The notes under the pieces were generated by a model. It searched no databases. It worked only from the letters and a program-made list of their open reading frames with translations, and had not been told where the DNA came from. 64,000 nucleotides of DNA from an uncultured Thermoleophilia bacterium (lineage in GTDB: Bacteria > Actinomycetota > Thermoleophilia > UBA2241), in NCBI GenBank assembly GCA_963702475.1, contig CAVPCT010000003.1, positions 128,001-192,000 of the forward strand, in the 5' to 3' direction. Positions 1-10,007 of the stretch are shown here, one piece after another; the stretch's first letter is position 1, and each line of letters starts with the position of its first letter. The position numbers and the translations under genes are program-made.

Positions 1-272
1 GGCCCGTGGTCCGTGAGTTCGCGCTGCGCCTGCCGGTCCCGGCCGCGGACCTGGTCGAGAGGCTCGTGCCGGCCGGCTTTCTCGCCGGCGTGCCCGCAGG
101 GCTCGTCGCCGGCCGCCTGCCGGCCACGGCGGCCGAGGGCTCAGGTCTCGAGGACGTGCTGCTGGTCGCCGTGACCGAGAAGCGCACGCGGGCGCAACTC
201 GACGCCTTCGCCGACGCCTTCGCCGCGGCGCTCGGCGGCCCGCGCTCGTCAAGCGGGGAGGTGACGACGTGA
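1..272 (+). CDS. gcvPA: glycine dehydrogenase (decarboxylating) subunit 1, 3' end (truncated by window edge)
   Basis: REFALRLP...LLVAVTEKRTRAQLD is the typical GcvPA C-terminus; stop overlaps the gcvPB GTG start. Confidence 0.85.
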   Translation, partial: PVVREFALRLPVPAADLVERLVPAGFLAGVPAGLVAGRLPATAAEGSGLEDVLLVAVTEKRTRAQLDAFADAFAAALGGPRSSSGEVTT

Positions 273-1771
273 GCGCTTCCGCCCCGGCTCCCGGTGAGAC
301 CGATCGCCGCACCATCTACGAGAAGTCGTGCTGTGGCCGCCGCGCGTACAGCCTGCCGGCTACCGATGTCCCCCAGGTCCCACTCGACCAACTCGTCCCC
401 GCGAGGCTGCGGCGCAGCTGCGCACCACGCTTGCCCGAGATCAGCGAGGTCGACCTGTTGCGCCACTTCACGGGCCTGTCCACCCTCAACTTCGGGGTGG
501 AGAGCGGCAGCTACCCGCTCGGCTCGTGCACGATGAAGTACAACCCCAAGGTCAACGAGGCGGCGGCGCGGCTCGAAGGCCTGGCGGGCCTGCACCCGTA
601 CCAGCCGGAGGCGCTCGTCCAGGGCGCGCTCGAGCTCATGTACGAGCTCGAGCACTGGCTGGCCGAGATCGCCGGCCTCGCGCGCGCCACGCTGCAGCCG
701 GCGGCCGGCGCCCACGGCGAGCTCGCGGGGCTGCTGGTCATCCGCGCTCATCACCGGGCGCAGGGCCGGGATCCCCGGCGCGTCATCATCCCCGACACCG
801 CGCACGGCACGAACCCCGCCAGCGTCGTGATGGCCGGCTACCAGCCGGCGGCCGTCTCCAGCGACGTCAAGGGCGGCGTCGACCTCGACTCGCTGAAGCT
901 GCTGCTGGACGACGACCTGGCCGGGCTCATGCTCACCAATCCCAACACCCTGGGCGTGTTCGACGAGAACATCGCCGAGATCGCCCGTCTGGTGCACGAA
1001 GCCGGCGGCCTGCTCTACTACGACGGCGCCAACAGCAATGCCGTCCTCGGCGTGAGTCGCCCCGGCGACATGGGGTTCGACATCGTCCACTTCAACACGC
1101 ACAAGACGTTCAGCACGCCGCACGGTGGCGGCGGCCCCGGCGCCGGCCCCATCGTGGTCCGCGACACGCTGGTCCCTTACCTGCCCGTTCCCGTCGTGGA
1201 GAAGGGCGCCGACGGTCGCTACTTCTTCGACTACGACCGTCCGCGGTCCATCGGCAAGATGCGCAGCTTCTACGGCAACTTCGGCGTGCTGGTGCGCGCG
1301 TACACATACATCCGCGCGCTCGGTCCCGATGGGCTCAAGCGCGTGAGCGAGATGGCCGTGCTCAACGCCAACTACGTCATGCAGGGCGTCCGCGACCTGT
1401 TCTCGGTGCCGTACCAGGGCCGCTGCATGCACGAGTTCGTGGCCAGCGCCACGCCGCTCAAGGAGAAGTACGGCGTGCGCGCCCTCGACGTCGCCAAGCG
1501 CCTGCTGGACTACGACGTGCACCCGCCCACCACGTACTTCCCGCTCATCGTCGATGAGGCGCTCATGATCGAGCCCACCGAGACGGAGTCGCGAGACGAC
1601 CTGGACAGGCTGATCGAGGCGTTCCGCCGCATCGCAGCGGAGGCCGAGACCGACGCCGACGTGCTGCGGGAGGCGCCGCTCACGATGCCCGTGCGGCGCC
1701 TGGACGAGGCCGGGGCCGCGAGGCACCCGGTGCTCCGCCAGCGGTTCGACGGCGACGGGGCGTGTCCCTGA
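269..1771 (+). CDS. gcvPB: glycine dehydrogenase (decarboxylating) subunit 2, canonical
   Basis: YPLGSCTMKYNPK, TAHGTNPAS, YDGAN, HKTFSTPHGGGGPG (PLP lysine), MIEPTETE. Confidence 0.97.
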   Translation: MSASAPAPGETDRRTIYEKSCCGRRAYSLPATDVPQVPLDQLVPARLRRSCAPRLPEISEVDLLRHFTGLSTLNFGVESGSYPLGSCTMKYNPKVNEAAARLEGLAGLHPYQPEALVQGALELMYELEHWLAEIAGLARATLQPAAGAHGELAGLLVIRAHHRAQGRDPRRVIIPDTAHGTNPASVVMAGYQPAAVSSDVKGGVDLDSLKLLLDDDLAGLMLTNPNTLGVFDENIAEIARLVHEAGGLLYYDGANSNAVLGVSRPGDMGFDIVHFNTHKTFSTPHGGGGPGAGPIVVRDTLVPYLPVPVVEKGADGRYFFDYDRPRSIGKMRSFYGNFGVLVRAYTYIRALGPDGLKRVSEMAVLNANYVMQGVRDLFSVPYQGRCMHEFVASATPLKEKYGVRALDVAKRLLDYDVHPPTTYFPLIVDEALMIEPTETESRDDLDRLIEAFRRIAAEAETDADVLREAPLTMPVRRLDEAGAARHPVLRQRFDGDGACP

Positions 1772-1877
1772 GGCGGAGCGAAGAGCGCTGGGCGGCCGGG
1801 CCGGGACCGGCCGCCCAGCGCGGCCGCCGCGGGGCCGACTCGACCGCCTCCGGCGGCCCGTCGCCGGAGGCGTCGTC

Positions 1878-2558
1878 ATGAGCGTGATCAGGGTGTTGCC
1901 GGAGCTGCGCGCCAACGGCGCCGCCCAAATGGCCCTGGACCAGGGGTTGCTGGAGGCGGCGGAGGTGGTCATCGCGCGCCGGTACACGTGGGCGCCTCCG
2001 GCGCTCTCGCTCGGGCGCTTCCAGAGGTGGGCCCACGAGGTGCCCAAGCTGCCGTTCGACGTGGTGCGGCGGCCCTCCGGCGGCCGCGCCGTGCTGCACG
2101 GTGAGGACTTCGAGTGGTCGTTCGCCTTCGCGTTCCCGCCCGGGTCGCTCGGCGAAGGGATACGGGCGGGGGCCGACGTGGCCCGCCCGTACGACCTCGT
2201 GGCGGGCTCGTTCGCGGCGGCGTTCGAGGCGCTCGGCGTGCAGCTGGACGACGCGCGTACCGAGCCGTACCATCGCTCGACTCTGTGTTTCGCCACCTCG
2301 CTGCGGTACGACCTGTCGGCGCGCGGTGAGAAGCTTGTCGCCGTCGCCCAGGCGCGGGCAGGTGGACGGGCGCTCGTGCACGGCTCGGTGCTCGAGCGGC
2401 GCCCCCCCGATGAGCTCACGCAGGTGGCTGAGACGCTGCTGGGCGAGCCCTGGCAGGGAGAGGGCCTGGCCGGTGCCGGCTACGTGCTGGCGGCCGACAT
2501 GATCTGGAAGCGCGTGCTCGTGAGACTTGAGGCGGCCCTTCGCGGGCTTGCCCCGTGA
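1878..2558 (+). CDS. lipoate-protein ligase / octanoyltransferase (BPL_LplA_LipB family, LipM-like)
   Basis: QMALDQGLL, PPALSLGRFQ, VVRRPSGGRAVLH, EKLVAVAQ, HGSVL; sits inside the gcv-lpd-lipA operon. Confidence 0.85.
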   Translation: MSVIRVLPELRANGAAQMALDQGLLEAAEVVIARRYTWAPPALSLGRFQRWAHEVPKLPFDVVRRPSGGRAVLHGEDFEWSFAFAFPPGSLGEGIRAGADVARPYDLVAGSFAAAFEALGVQLDDARTEPYHRSTLCFATSLRYDLSARGEKLVAVAQARAGGRALVHGSVLERRPPDELTQVAETLLGEPWQGEGLAGAGYVLAADMIWKRVLVRLEAALRGLAP

Positions 2559-2568
2559 GGAGGAAGTG

Positions 2569-3975
2569 ATGACGAAGGTCCTGATTTTGGGCGGCGGTCC
2601 CGCGGGGTACGTGGCCGCCGGCCGCGCCGCCCAGCTGGGCGCCGAGGTCGTGCTGGTCGAGTCGCGCGACATCGGCGGCACCTGCCTGAACCGAGGCTGC
2701 ATCCCGACCAAGGCCATGGTCGCCGGCGCCGAACGCCTGCATCAGGCGCGCATCGCCGGCGAGTACGGCGTCACGGTCGGCGAGGTCGGCCTGGATTTCG
2801 GCGCGTTCATGGCGCGCAAGGTCGCCGTCACCACGCAGCTCCGTGACGGCGTGGCGCACCTCCTCAAGGCGCGCAAGGTGCAGGTCGTGGCCGGGCACGC
2901 TACGCTCGCCGGCCCCGGCCGCCTGGCGCTCGCCCCCGGCGCGACGCTGCCCGACGGTGCCGTGCTGGAGCAGGGCGGCGAGCTCGAGGGCGACGCCGTC
3001 ATCCTGTGCAGCGGCTCCGAGCCCGTGCGCATGCGCCTGTTCGACTGGTCGGACGCGCGCCTCATGAGCAGCGACGAGCTCCTGCAGATAGACGAGGTAC
3101 CGCAGAGCCTCGCCATCGTCGGCGGCGGTGTGATCGGCTGCGAGTTCGCCAGCGTCTTCAACAGGCTGGGCAGCGAGGTCACCGTCATCGAGATGCTGGA
3201 CCAGCTGCTGCCCGGCGAGGACAAGCGCACCGGGCGCACGCTGCAGCAGGCGTTCAAGAAGGCGGGCATCGCGGTGCATGTCAAGGCGGGGGTGGAAGAG
3301 GCCGTGCCGGGCGACGCCGGCGTGACGCTGCGCCTCGCCGGCGGCGCCGAGATCACGGCCGCCCGCGTGCTCGTTGCCGTCGGCCGCAGGCCGGTGAGCG
3401 CCGGCCTCGGCTACGAGCAGGCCGGCGTGCAGGTCGACCAGCGCGGCTTCGTCGTCACCGACGAGTCGTGCCGCACCGCGGTGCCGGGCGTGTTCGCCGC
3501 CGGCGACGTGGCCGGTCCGCCGCTGCTCGCCCACTGGGCCTACCATCAGGGTCAGATCGCGGCGGAGAACGCCGTGACCGGTTCCTCGCTGGTCTGCGAC
3601 CGCAGCGTGGTGCCCAGCTGCACGTTCAGCTCGCCGGAGGTCGCGTCCTGCGGGCTCACCGAGGACCGCGCGAGCGCCGAGGGCGTGGAGCACGAGGTGG
3701 CGCACGTGCGCCTCAACGGCAACTCCAAGGCGGTCTGCGACGGCGACGCCGATGGCTACGTGCGCATCGTCTGCGAACCCGGCGGCGGGCGCGTGCTCGG
3801 CGCCAGCCTGGTCGGCCCACACGTCACCGAGCTCGTCCACGAGCTGGCCCTGGCGACGCACGCCGGGCTGACGCTCCAGACGGTGGCCGACACCATCCAC
3901 GCGCACCCCACGCTCAGCGAGGCCGTCGGCGAGGCCGCGCTGTCCGGCGTGGGGCGCGGCACACACAGCCTCTGA
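2569..3975 (+). CDS. lpdA: dihydrolipoyl dehydrogenase
   Basis: GGGPAGY, GGTCLNRGCIPTK redox disulfide, GGGVIGCE, HAHPTLSE; GAGGAGG RBS before ATG 2569. Confidence 0.96.
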   Translation: MTKVLILGGGPAGYVAAGRAAQLGAEVVLVESRDIGGTCLNRGCIPTKAMVAGAERLHQARIAGEYGVTVGEVGLDFGAFMARKVAVTTQLRDGVAHLLKARKVQVVAGHATLAGPGRLALAPGATLPDGAVLEQGGELEGDAVILCSGSEPVRMRLFDWSDARLMSSDELLQIDEVPQSLAIVGGGVIGCEFASVFNRLGSEVTVIEMLDQLLPGEDKRTGRTLQQAFKKAGIAVHVKAGVEEAVPGDAGVTLRLAGGAEITAARVLVAVGRRPVSAGLGYEQAGVQVDQRGFVVTDESCRTAVPGVFAAGDVAGPPLLAHWAYHQGQIAAENAVTGSSLVCDRSVVPSCTFSSPEVASCGLTEDRASAEGVEHEVAHVRLNGNSKAVCDGDADGYVRIVCEPGGGRVLGASLVGPHVTELVHELALATHAGLTLQTVADTIHAHPTLSEAVGEAALSGVGRGTHSL

Positions 3976-3978
3976 CGC

Positions 3979-5076
3979 ATGGCAGGCGCGCCCTCCGAGC
4001 CGCAGCCCGGCGCGCCCCGCCGCCGGCCCCAGCGCCCGTCCGGGCGCCCGCTCACGCCCGGGCGTCACGGCGGCAAACCCCCCTGGCTCAAGCACAGGGC
4101 GCCGGCGCCGCGGCAGTACCGCGCCACCGGCGCCCTGCTCGACGAGCTGGGGCTGCACACTGTGTGCGAGGAGGCGCGCTGTCCCAACAAGGGCGAGTGC
4201 TTCAGCGCGGGTACGGCGACCTTTCTGATCCTCGGCGACGCCTGCACGCGGGCCTGCCGGTTCTGCTCGGTGCAGCACACGCCCGCCGGCGAGAGCCGGC
4301 AAGCCGACGCCACGGCGGCCGGGCCTGCGCAGCCGCTTCGCTGCGTGGACGGGGACGAGCCGGCCCGTGTGGCGCAGGCCGCCGCGCGCCTGGGCCTGCG
4401 GCACGTGGTCGTCACCAGCGTCACGCGCGACGACCTGCCCGACGGCGGCGCCTCGCACTTCGCCGCCACCGTGGCGGCCGTGCGGGCCCAGGTGCCCGGC
4501 GCGACCGTCGAGGTGCTCATATCGGACTTGGGCGGCGACGAAGCGGCGCTGCGCGCCGTGCTCGCCGCCCGCCCCGACGTGCTCGGCCACAACCTCGAGA
4601 CGGTCCCGCGCCTGTACCCGCAGGTGCGGCCGCAGGCCGCCTACGCGCGCTCGCTCGATCTGCTGCGGAACGCGGCGACGTGGGCGAGGGGCGAGGCGCC
4701 GCGAGACGCCGGAGCAGAGCGGATGGCGGCCGCGCCCGCGCGGGAGGTGGCCCCGGGCCGCGCCGCCCCCCGACGTCCTCTGGTCAAGACCGGCATCATG
4801 GTGGGGCTGGGCGAGACCGCGACCGAAGTCGACGAGGTGCTCCGCGACGCGGCGGCGGCCGGGGTCGACCTGGTCACCGTCGGCCAGTACCTGCAGCCGG
4901 GGCGCGACTGCCTGCCGGTGGCGCGGTTCGTGGAGCCGCAGGAGTTCACGTCGTGGGAGCACCGCGGCGCCGAGCTCGGCCTGGCTGTGACGGCGGCGCC
5001 GTTCGTGCGCTCGTCGTACCGTGCCGGAGAGGCGCTGCACGGGCCACCCGCCGACCGCGGGGAGCGGCCTGCGTGA
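3979..5076 (+). CDS. lipA: lipoyl synthase
   Basis: CEEARCPNKGEC, CTRACRFC, RDDLPDGG, HNLETVPRL, VRSSYRA. Confidence 0.96.
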   Translation: MAGAPSEPQPGAPRRRPQRPSGRPLTPGRHGGKPPWLKHRAPAPRQYRATGALLDELGLHTVCEEARCPNKGECFSAGTATFLILGDACTRACRFCSVQHTPAGESRQADATAAGPAQPLRCVDGDEPARVAQAAARLGLRHVVVTSVTRDDLPDGGASHFAATVAAVRAQVPGATVEVLISDLGGDEAALRAVLAARPDVLGHNLETVPRLYPQVRPQAAYARSLDLLRNAATWARGEAPRDAGAERMAAAPAREVAPGRAAPRRPLVKTGIMVGLGETATEVDEVLRDAAAAGVDLVTVGQYLQPGRDCLPVARFVEPQEFTSWEHRGAELGLAVTAAPFVRSSYRAGEALHGPPADRGERPA

Positions 5077-5825
5077 GCGGCGACGCCCGACGCGCCACGA
5101 CGCCGCGAGGTCCCGGTCTCCCGCTCCCTACCCCGGCCCTGGTCATGTTCGACCTGGACTTCACCCTGCTGCGTCCCAGCGACCTGTTCGAGGCGCGGGG
5201 GTACCGGCGTACCGGCGAGCGGTTCGGGCTGCGCCTGGACGAGGCGCTCTGGCCGGAGGCGGAGCGCCGCGCCTACGCAGCCATCGCGGCCCGGCGTGGA
5301 CAGACGGGGGACGCGCACGACGACGGCTTGCTCCCGGTGATCGCCCGGGCCCTCATCGAGGGGCTCGGCGGCGGGGAGACGGCCGCCGTCGAGGAGGCCG
5401 TGGCCGCGGTGGCCGACGCCTGGGCACGGGCGGAGAACTTCGGCCTGTACGACGACGTGCTGCCGTGTCTGCGAGCCCTGCGCGACGCCGGAGTGCGCAT
5501 GGCGCTGGCCTCCAACGCGCTGGGCCACGGGGTGGAGGAGGTCGTCGCCCACTTCGCCCTCGACGAGTTCATCGAGGTGAGCGTGTCCAGCGCGGACGTG
5601 GGGGTCGTCAAGCCTTCCTGCGCTCTCTTCGAGGAGGTGTTGCGCCGCACCGGTGTGCCGGCGTCCCGGGCCGTCATGGTCGGCGACAGCGTTAGGGATG
5701 ACGTGGAGGGCGCGCTGGCCTGCGGCTGCGCCGCCGTCCTCCTCGACCGCGCGCGGAGGGTGAGCCGCGCGGAAGTCCCGGCGATCGGCTCGTTGCTCGA
5801 GCTTCCGGCCGCCCTCAGCCTCTGA
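5073..5825 (+). CDS. HAD-family hydrolase
   Basis: FDLDFTL motif I, SN, KP, VGDS..DDVEGA; GTG start overlaps the lipA stop. Confidence 0.88.
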   Translation: MSGDARRATTPRGPGLPLPTPALVMFDLDFTLLRPSDLFEARGYRRTGERFGLRLDEALWPEAERRAYAAIAARRGQTGDAHDDGLLPVIARALIEGLGGGETAAVEEAVAAVADAWARAENFGLYDDVLPCLRALRDAGVRMALASNALGHGVEEVVAHFALDEFIEVSVSSADVGVVKPSCALFEEVLRRTGVPASRAVMVGDSVRDDVEGALACGCAAVLLDRARRVSRAEVPAIGSLLELPAALSL

Positions 5826-7777
5826 GCCGCAGGCGGTCGCGGAGCCCCGTCAGGGCGGCGCCGCGGGTCGCCGGAAGGACCACCGGTGGCGCCGGCTCGT
5901 CCTGGGCGGCGCCGGCGGTGAAGAGGATCGCTCCGCCCCCGCCGCCCAGCCACAGGTGCGTGGCGTCCGCGGCTGCGAGGCAGTAGACGTCGGTCGCCGT
6001 CACCGGCAGCGCCACCGTCCACGTGAGGCCGCCGTCCGCGGTGCGCCACAGCGCTCCGCCCCCGCCGCCGGCAAGGCCGTGCAGCGCGTCGACGAACACC
6101 ACCGCCTGGAGGGCCGTCGGCGTGGCGGCGACCTGGGTCCAGGTGGCTCCGCCGTCGGCGGTCCGCACGATGGCGCCCGACAGATGGTCGCCGTCGGCGC
6201 CGTAGTCTGCGCCCACGGCGCAGCCCTCCAGGGCGCCGCTGAAGGCGACGTCGCGCAGCTCACCCCAGACGTCCACTTGGGCCGTTCGCCAGCTTCGGCC
6301 GGCGTCGGCCGTGGTGAGCACGACGGCGCGGCCCTGACCCCAGGCGTCCCCCCCGACGGCGACAGCGCGTTCTCCCCCGAGCGCGCGTACGGCGTTGAGT
6401 TCGGTGTCGGCGTCCACGCCGGGTTGCTGCGCCGCCCACGTTGCGCCGCCGTCGTCCGTGCGCAGCACGGTCCCGGCGGCGCCCACGGCCCACCCGGCGC
6501 CGGCGGCGTCCAGGGCGACGTCGTACAGGGCGCTCGTCACCGGCGAAGGTACGAGGTCCCACCGCGTTCCGGCATCCCCGGTGGCGACGATCACTCCGGC
6601 GGCGCCCACGGCGCAGCCACGCCCGTCGGCGGCGAACGCCACGGCGTCGAGCCGTCCGGCGACGGGCGGCGGCACGGCGGTCCAGCGGATGCCCTCGGCC
6701 ACCCTGAGCATGGTACCGGCGTCGCCTACCGCCCAGGCCTCGAGCGGGCTCAGAGCGGTGATGCCGCGGATGCGCGCCGTCGGTCCGCTGAGCACGGAGG
6801 CCCACCGCCGGCCGCCGTCCGTGCTGCTCAGGATGGCGCCGTGCGTGCCCACGGCCAGGCACGAGGTCCAGCCGGCGCCGACGGAGAAAAGCGATGTCCC
6901 CGGGACCGGGGCGTTGCCCCGCCAGGACCTGCCGTCGTCGGTGCTCACGTAGGTGAGCCCTCCCTCGCCCACCAGCGACGTGGTGCGCGAGTCGACCCGC
7001 GCCAGCCCGTACATCGTCGACAGCGTCCCGGTGTCGACGCGCCTCCAGGTGGCGCCCGCGTCGGCGCTACGCCACACGATGCCGCGGGACGAGGCGACGA
7101 GAAGGGTCTTCTTGCCGAGCATGAGCACGTCGTGCAGCACGCCGAACACCTCGGGCGCCCGGAGCTCCCAGGTCTTCCCCCGGTTGCGGCTGAACGCCAG
7201 TGTCCCGAGGTCGCCGGCCGCCCAGCCGCGCCCCCTCGCGTCGAAGGTGACGGCGTACAGGTTGTGGGGAGAGTGACTTGGGCGGCGGGTCCAGGTCGAG
7301 CCCTCCGTCCGCGGTCTGCAGGATGAGGCCGTGTTCGCCCACGGCCACGGCCTCGCCGGCCCGCGGAGACCAGACGTCCATGAGCGTCGCGGTGGTGCCG
7401 GACGCCTGTCGCGCCCAGGTGAGTCCCCCGTCGAGCGTGGCGAGGATCACACCGCCGACGCCGACGGCCCAGCCCTGGCCGCTCGAGCGCACCCGCACAC
7501 CGAAGAGCGACTGGCCGACCCCGGAGGGGACTGGGGTCCAGGTGAGGCCGCCGTCGGCGGAGGTCAGGACGGTGCCGGCGTCGCCCACGGCGACGGCACG
7601 GAGCCCGTCGATCACCTGCACGCTGCCGAGGGAGTTGCCCTGCGGCAGCGGGTTCTGCCACTGCCAGACGGCCGCGGAGGCACCGAGCGGCGCCGCGGCC
7701 AGGACGACCAGGGCGGACAGGATGGCGCCGGCGAGCTGCGCGGGCCGGCGCCACGCACGGCGCAGCCTGCCGTTCAC
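5815..7777 (-). CDS. secreted YCF48/BNR-like beta-propeller repeat protein, split by a +1 frameshift near 7298
   Basis: Signal peptide, WQWQNPLPQGNSL, many AVGxxGxILxTxDGGxTW repeats; removing one G in GGAGGG restores DGGSTWTRRPSHSPHNLYAVTF and joins ORFs 7067-7816 and 5815-7149. Confidence 0.8.
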
Positions 7778-9330
7778 GGCGCCGGCGTCAGGTCGTCGGT
7801 ACCGGCGAGCCGCCACGAGTCCCCTGCGTCGGCGGAGACGAGCACCATGCGCCGCAGGTACAGCGGCGGCTGCGGGCCGTCCTTGCCGGACTGCTTCCAG
7901 CGCTCCACCGCCGCCTTGCGGATCGAGCCTTCCTTGCCGGCCATGCAGCTGGCCGAGAGGAACAGCCGGCCGCTACGGTCCAGGGTCAGTGCCTGCGTGT
8001 AGATGCTGTAGTCGGCGAAGGGCGGGACGACCACGAGGCGCGGCTGCGTCCAGCCGGTGAACGGGTCGCGGCGCTGGTAGGCGAGCGCGCCGTAGAACTT
8101 GCCGCCGAAGGTCGTCTCGCAGTCCTTGCGCCACTGGCGGAAGGCGATGTGCAGACGGTCATGCCCGTCGATGACGAAGGCCAGATAGGTCTGGCGACCC
8201 TCCTGGGGGCCCGACGGCCGCACGCGGTACCCGGTGGTGCACACGTCCTCCAGCTGCGACCAGCCTCCGTCCGACGTGAGCGGAAGGAGGGTGCGGCGGT
8301 ACTGGAACGGCCGCCCGTGCGCGCCGGCGACCACGTGGAGGTAGCCGCGCGAGTCGAGGGCGATGCCGGGCTGTGCGTGACCGTCGTTGGCCGGCTGCGA
8401 CCAGGCGAGCAGGACGCGCTCCCCGAGGACGCCAGTGCGCCTGTCGAAGGGTACGACGAAGACCGGCGATCCCTGCGCGATCCGGGCCGTGGACTCCACG
8501 TAGACGATCCAGGTGGTGTCGCCGAAGGTGGCCAGGGGGCTCGCGGTGGTCGCGCCGTCGCCGAGACCGAGGACGTGCTCGCTGACCAGGGTGAGAGGAG
8601 GGACGACCACGGCGTCGCCCGAGAGCGCGGGACGCGTGACCCAGAGCTCACGTGCGAGCTTCCCGGTGTGCGGATTGAGGTGCGGGGCCACCCGTCCGAC
8701 GAGGATCGGCGGGGGGCCGTCGAGCCGGTTGTGACCGGTCCAGGACTCCGGGACGATCTCCCCGTCGGGCAGGTCGACCGTGTGCCACGTGGCGCAGCGG
8801 TCGGTCGACCAGAGCAGCACATTGCGCACGCCGTCATCGCGCAGGCGGACGGTGACGACTGTGTAGGCGCGGTCCTGAGCGTCGAAGACGACGCGTGCGG
8901 CCGGCCCTCCTCCTCCTCCTTCGGTACCGTTGTAGTCCGGGTAGGCGGCGCGAAGGGCGGCCACCAGGTCGAGCCGTCGCCAGGCGCCGTCACTCCACGT
9001 GTTCACGAACCCGGTGTAGTCGGGATCGGCGGACCGGCTGCGGATGTACGGGGCGCCCGCGGCGTCGAACGCCGGGACGTTTCGCGTGAAGGGCGGCGCG
9101 TAGCCGAACTGGGCGCTGAGGCCCTCGGCGGCTGAGAGGACGATCGGCGTGGGGGTGGGGGACGGCGTGGCGGTGGGAGTCGCCGACGGCGGCGGTTCGG
9201 GAACGGCCGTGGCCTGAGATGGGGCGGTCGCGGCCAGGCCCGTGGCGGCGGCCGCCACGACGAGCAGAAGGACGATGAAGAGGAGGCTGGAGTGCGCGGG
9301 CCCGGTGCTGGTGGAGTGCGGCGGCGCCAT
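7774..9330 (-). CDS. secreted BNR/Asp-box repeat (BNR-4-like) protein
   Basis: Signal peptide, PT linker, STDRCATW, NDGHAQPGIALDSRGYLHVVAGAHG, SADAGDSW. Confidence 0.7.
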   Translation of the reverse strand: MAPPHSTSTGPAHSSLLFIVLLLVVAAAATGLAATAPSQATAVPEPPPSATPTATPSPTPTPIVLSAAEGLSAQFGYAPPFTRNVPAFDAAGAPYIRSRSADPDYTGFVNTWSDGAWRRLDLVAALRAAYPDYNGTEGGGGGPAARVVFDAQDRAYTVVTVRLRDDGVRNVLLWSTDRCATWHTVDLPDGEIVPESWTGHNRLDGPPPILVGRVAPHLNPHTGKLARELWVTRPALSGDAVVVPPLTLVSEHVLGLGDGATTASPLATFGDTTWIVYVESTARIAQGSPVFVVPFDRRTGVLGERVLLAWSQPANDGHAQPGIALDSRGYLHVVAGAHGRPFQYRRTLLPLTSDGGWSQLEDVCTTGYRVRPSGPQEGRQTYLAFVIDGHDRLHIAFRQWRKDCETTFGGKFYGALAYQRRDPFTGWTQPRLVVVPPFADYSIYTQALTLDRSGRLFLSASCMAGKEGSIRKAAVERWKQSGKDGPQPPLYLRRMVLVSADAGDSWRLAGTDDLTPAP

Positions 9331-9354
9331 GCGCAAAGGATACACGCCTGAGCG

Positions 9355-9398
9355 CGAAGACGCCGGGCGGGGCCTTCAGGCCCTCCCCGGCGTCTTCG
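9355..9398. terminator. GC-rich hairpin downstream of osmC
   Basis: GAAGACGCCGGG...CCCGGCGTCTTC inverted repeat. Confidence 0.55.
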
Positions 9399-9424
9399 CG
9401 CTCACACCGATGTGGCGGCGGTGC

Positions 9425-9867
9425 TCAGGCCAGCGCGGCCTGCACGCTCAGTTCGACGTTGCCCTTGAGGGCGCCGCTGATGGACAGCCGTCCTTGGCCA
9501 TCTCGGCGGCCTCCTTGAAGGAGGCCTCGTCCATGCCCGGCACCGTGCCCTTCACCGTGAGCTCGGAGGTGCCGACCTTCCAGCCGCCCTCGATCTCGGC
9601 GAAGGTGACGGTGGCGCTCACCTCGAGCTTCTCGGGCGCGTGCCCCTGCTCTCCGAGGATGCCCGAGAGCGCCATGCAGTAGCAGGCGGCGTGCGCCGCG
9701 GCGACCAGTTCCTCGGGGCTCGTCTTGCCCTCCGAGCGGGCGGTGCGCGACGCCCACGTGACCGGCAGCGGGCCGGCGGCGCCGCTGGTCGCGAGCGATA
9801 CCTCTCCGGCGCCCTGCCCGAGCGAGCCCTGCCAGACTGCCTCGGCGCGGCGTGGTGCGTTGGCCAT
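9425..9867 (-). CDS. osmC: OsmC family peroxiredoxin, one base missing near 9485
   Basis: AVWQGSL..G.G, TSPEELVAAAHAACYCMALS, AKDGC; restoring one C gives CPISGALKGNVEL. Confidence 0.88.
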
Positions 9868-10007
9868 GATGGGACCTCCTGCCGGTGAGCGGCCGGGCGC
9901 TGCTGCTCCGGCCCGGCCGCGCTCTGCGTTCGTCCCCTCATGCCCGCGAGAGACGTGCGGCCAAACGCGGCCGTGCCGTGCGGGCCGCGCCGTCACGCCC
10001 CAGGCGC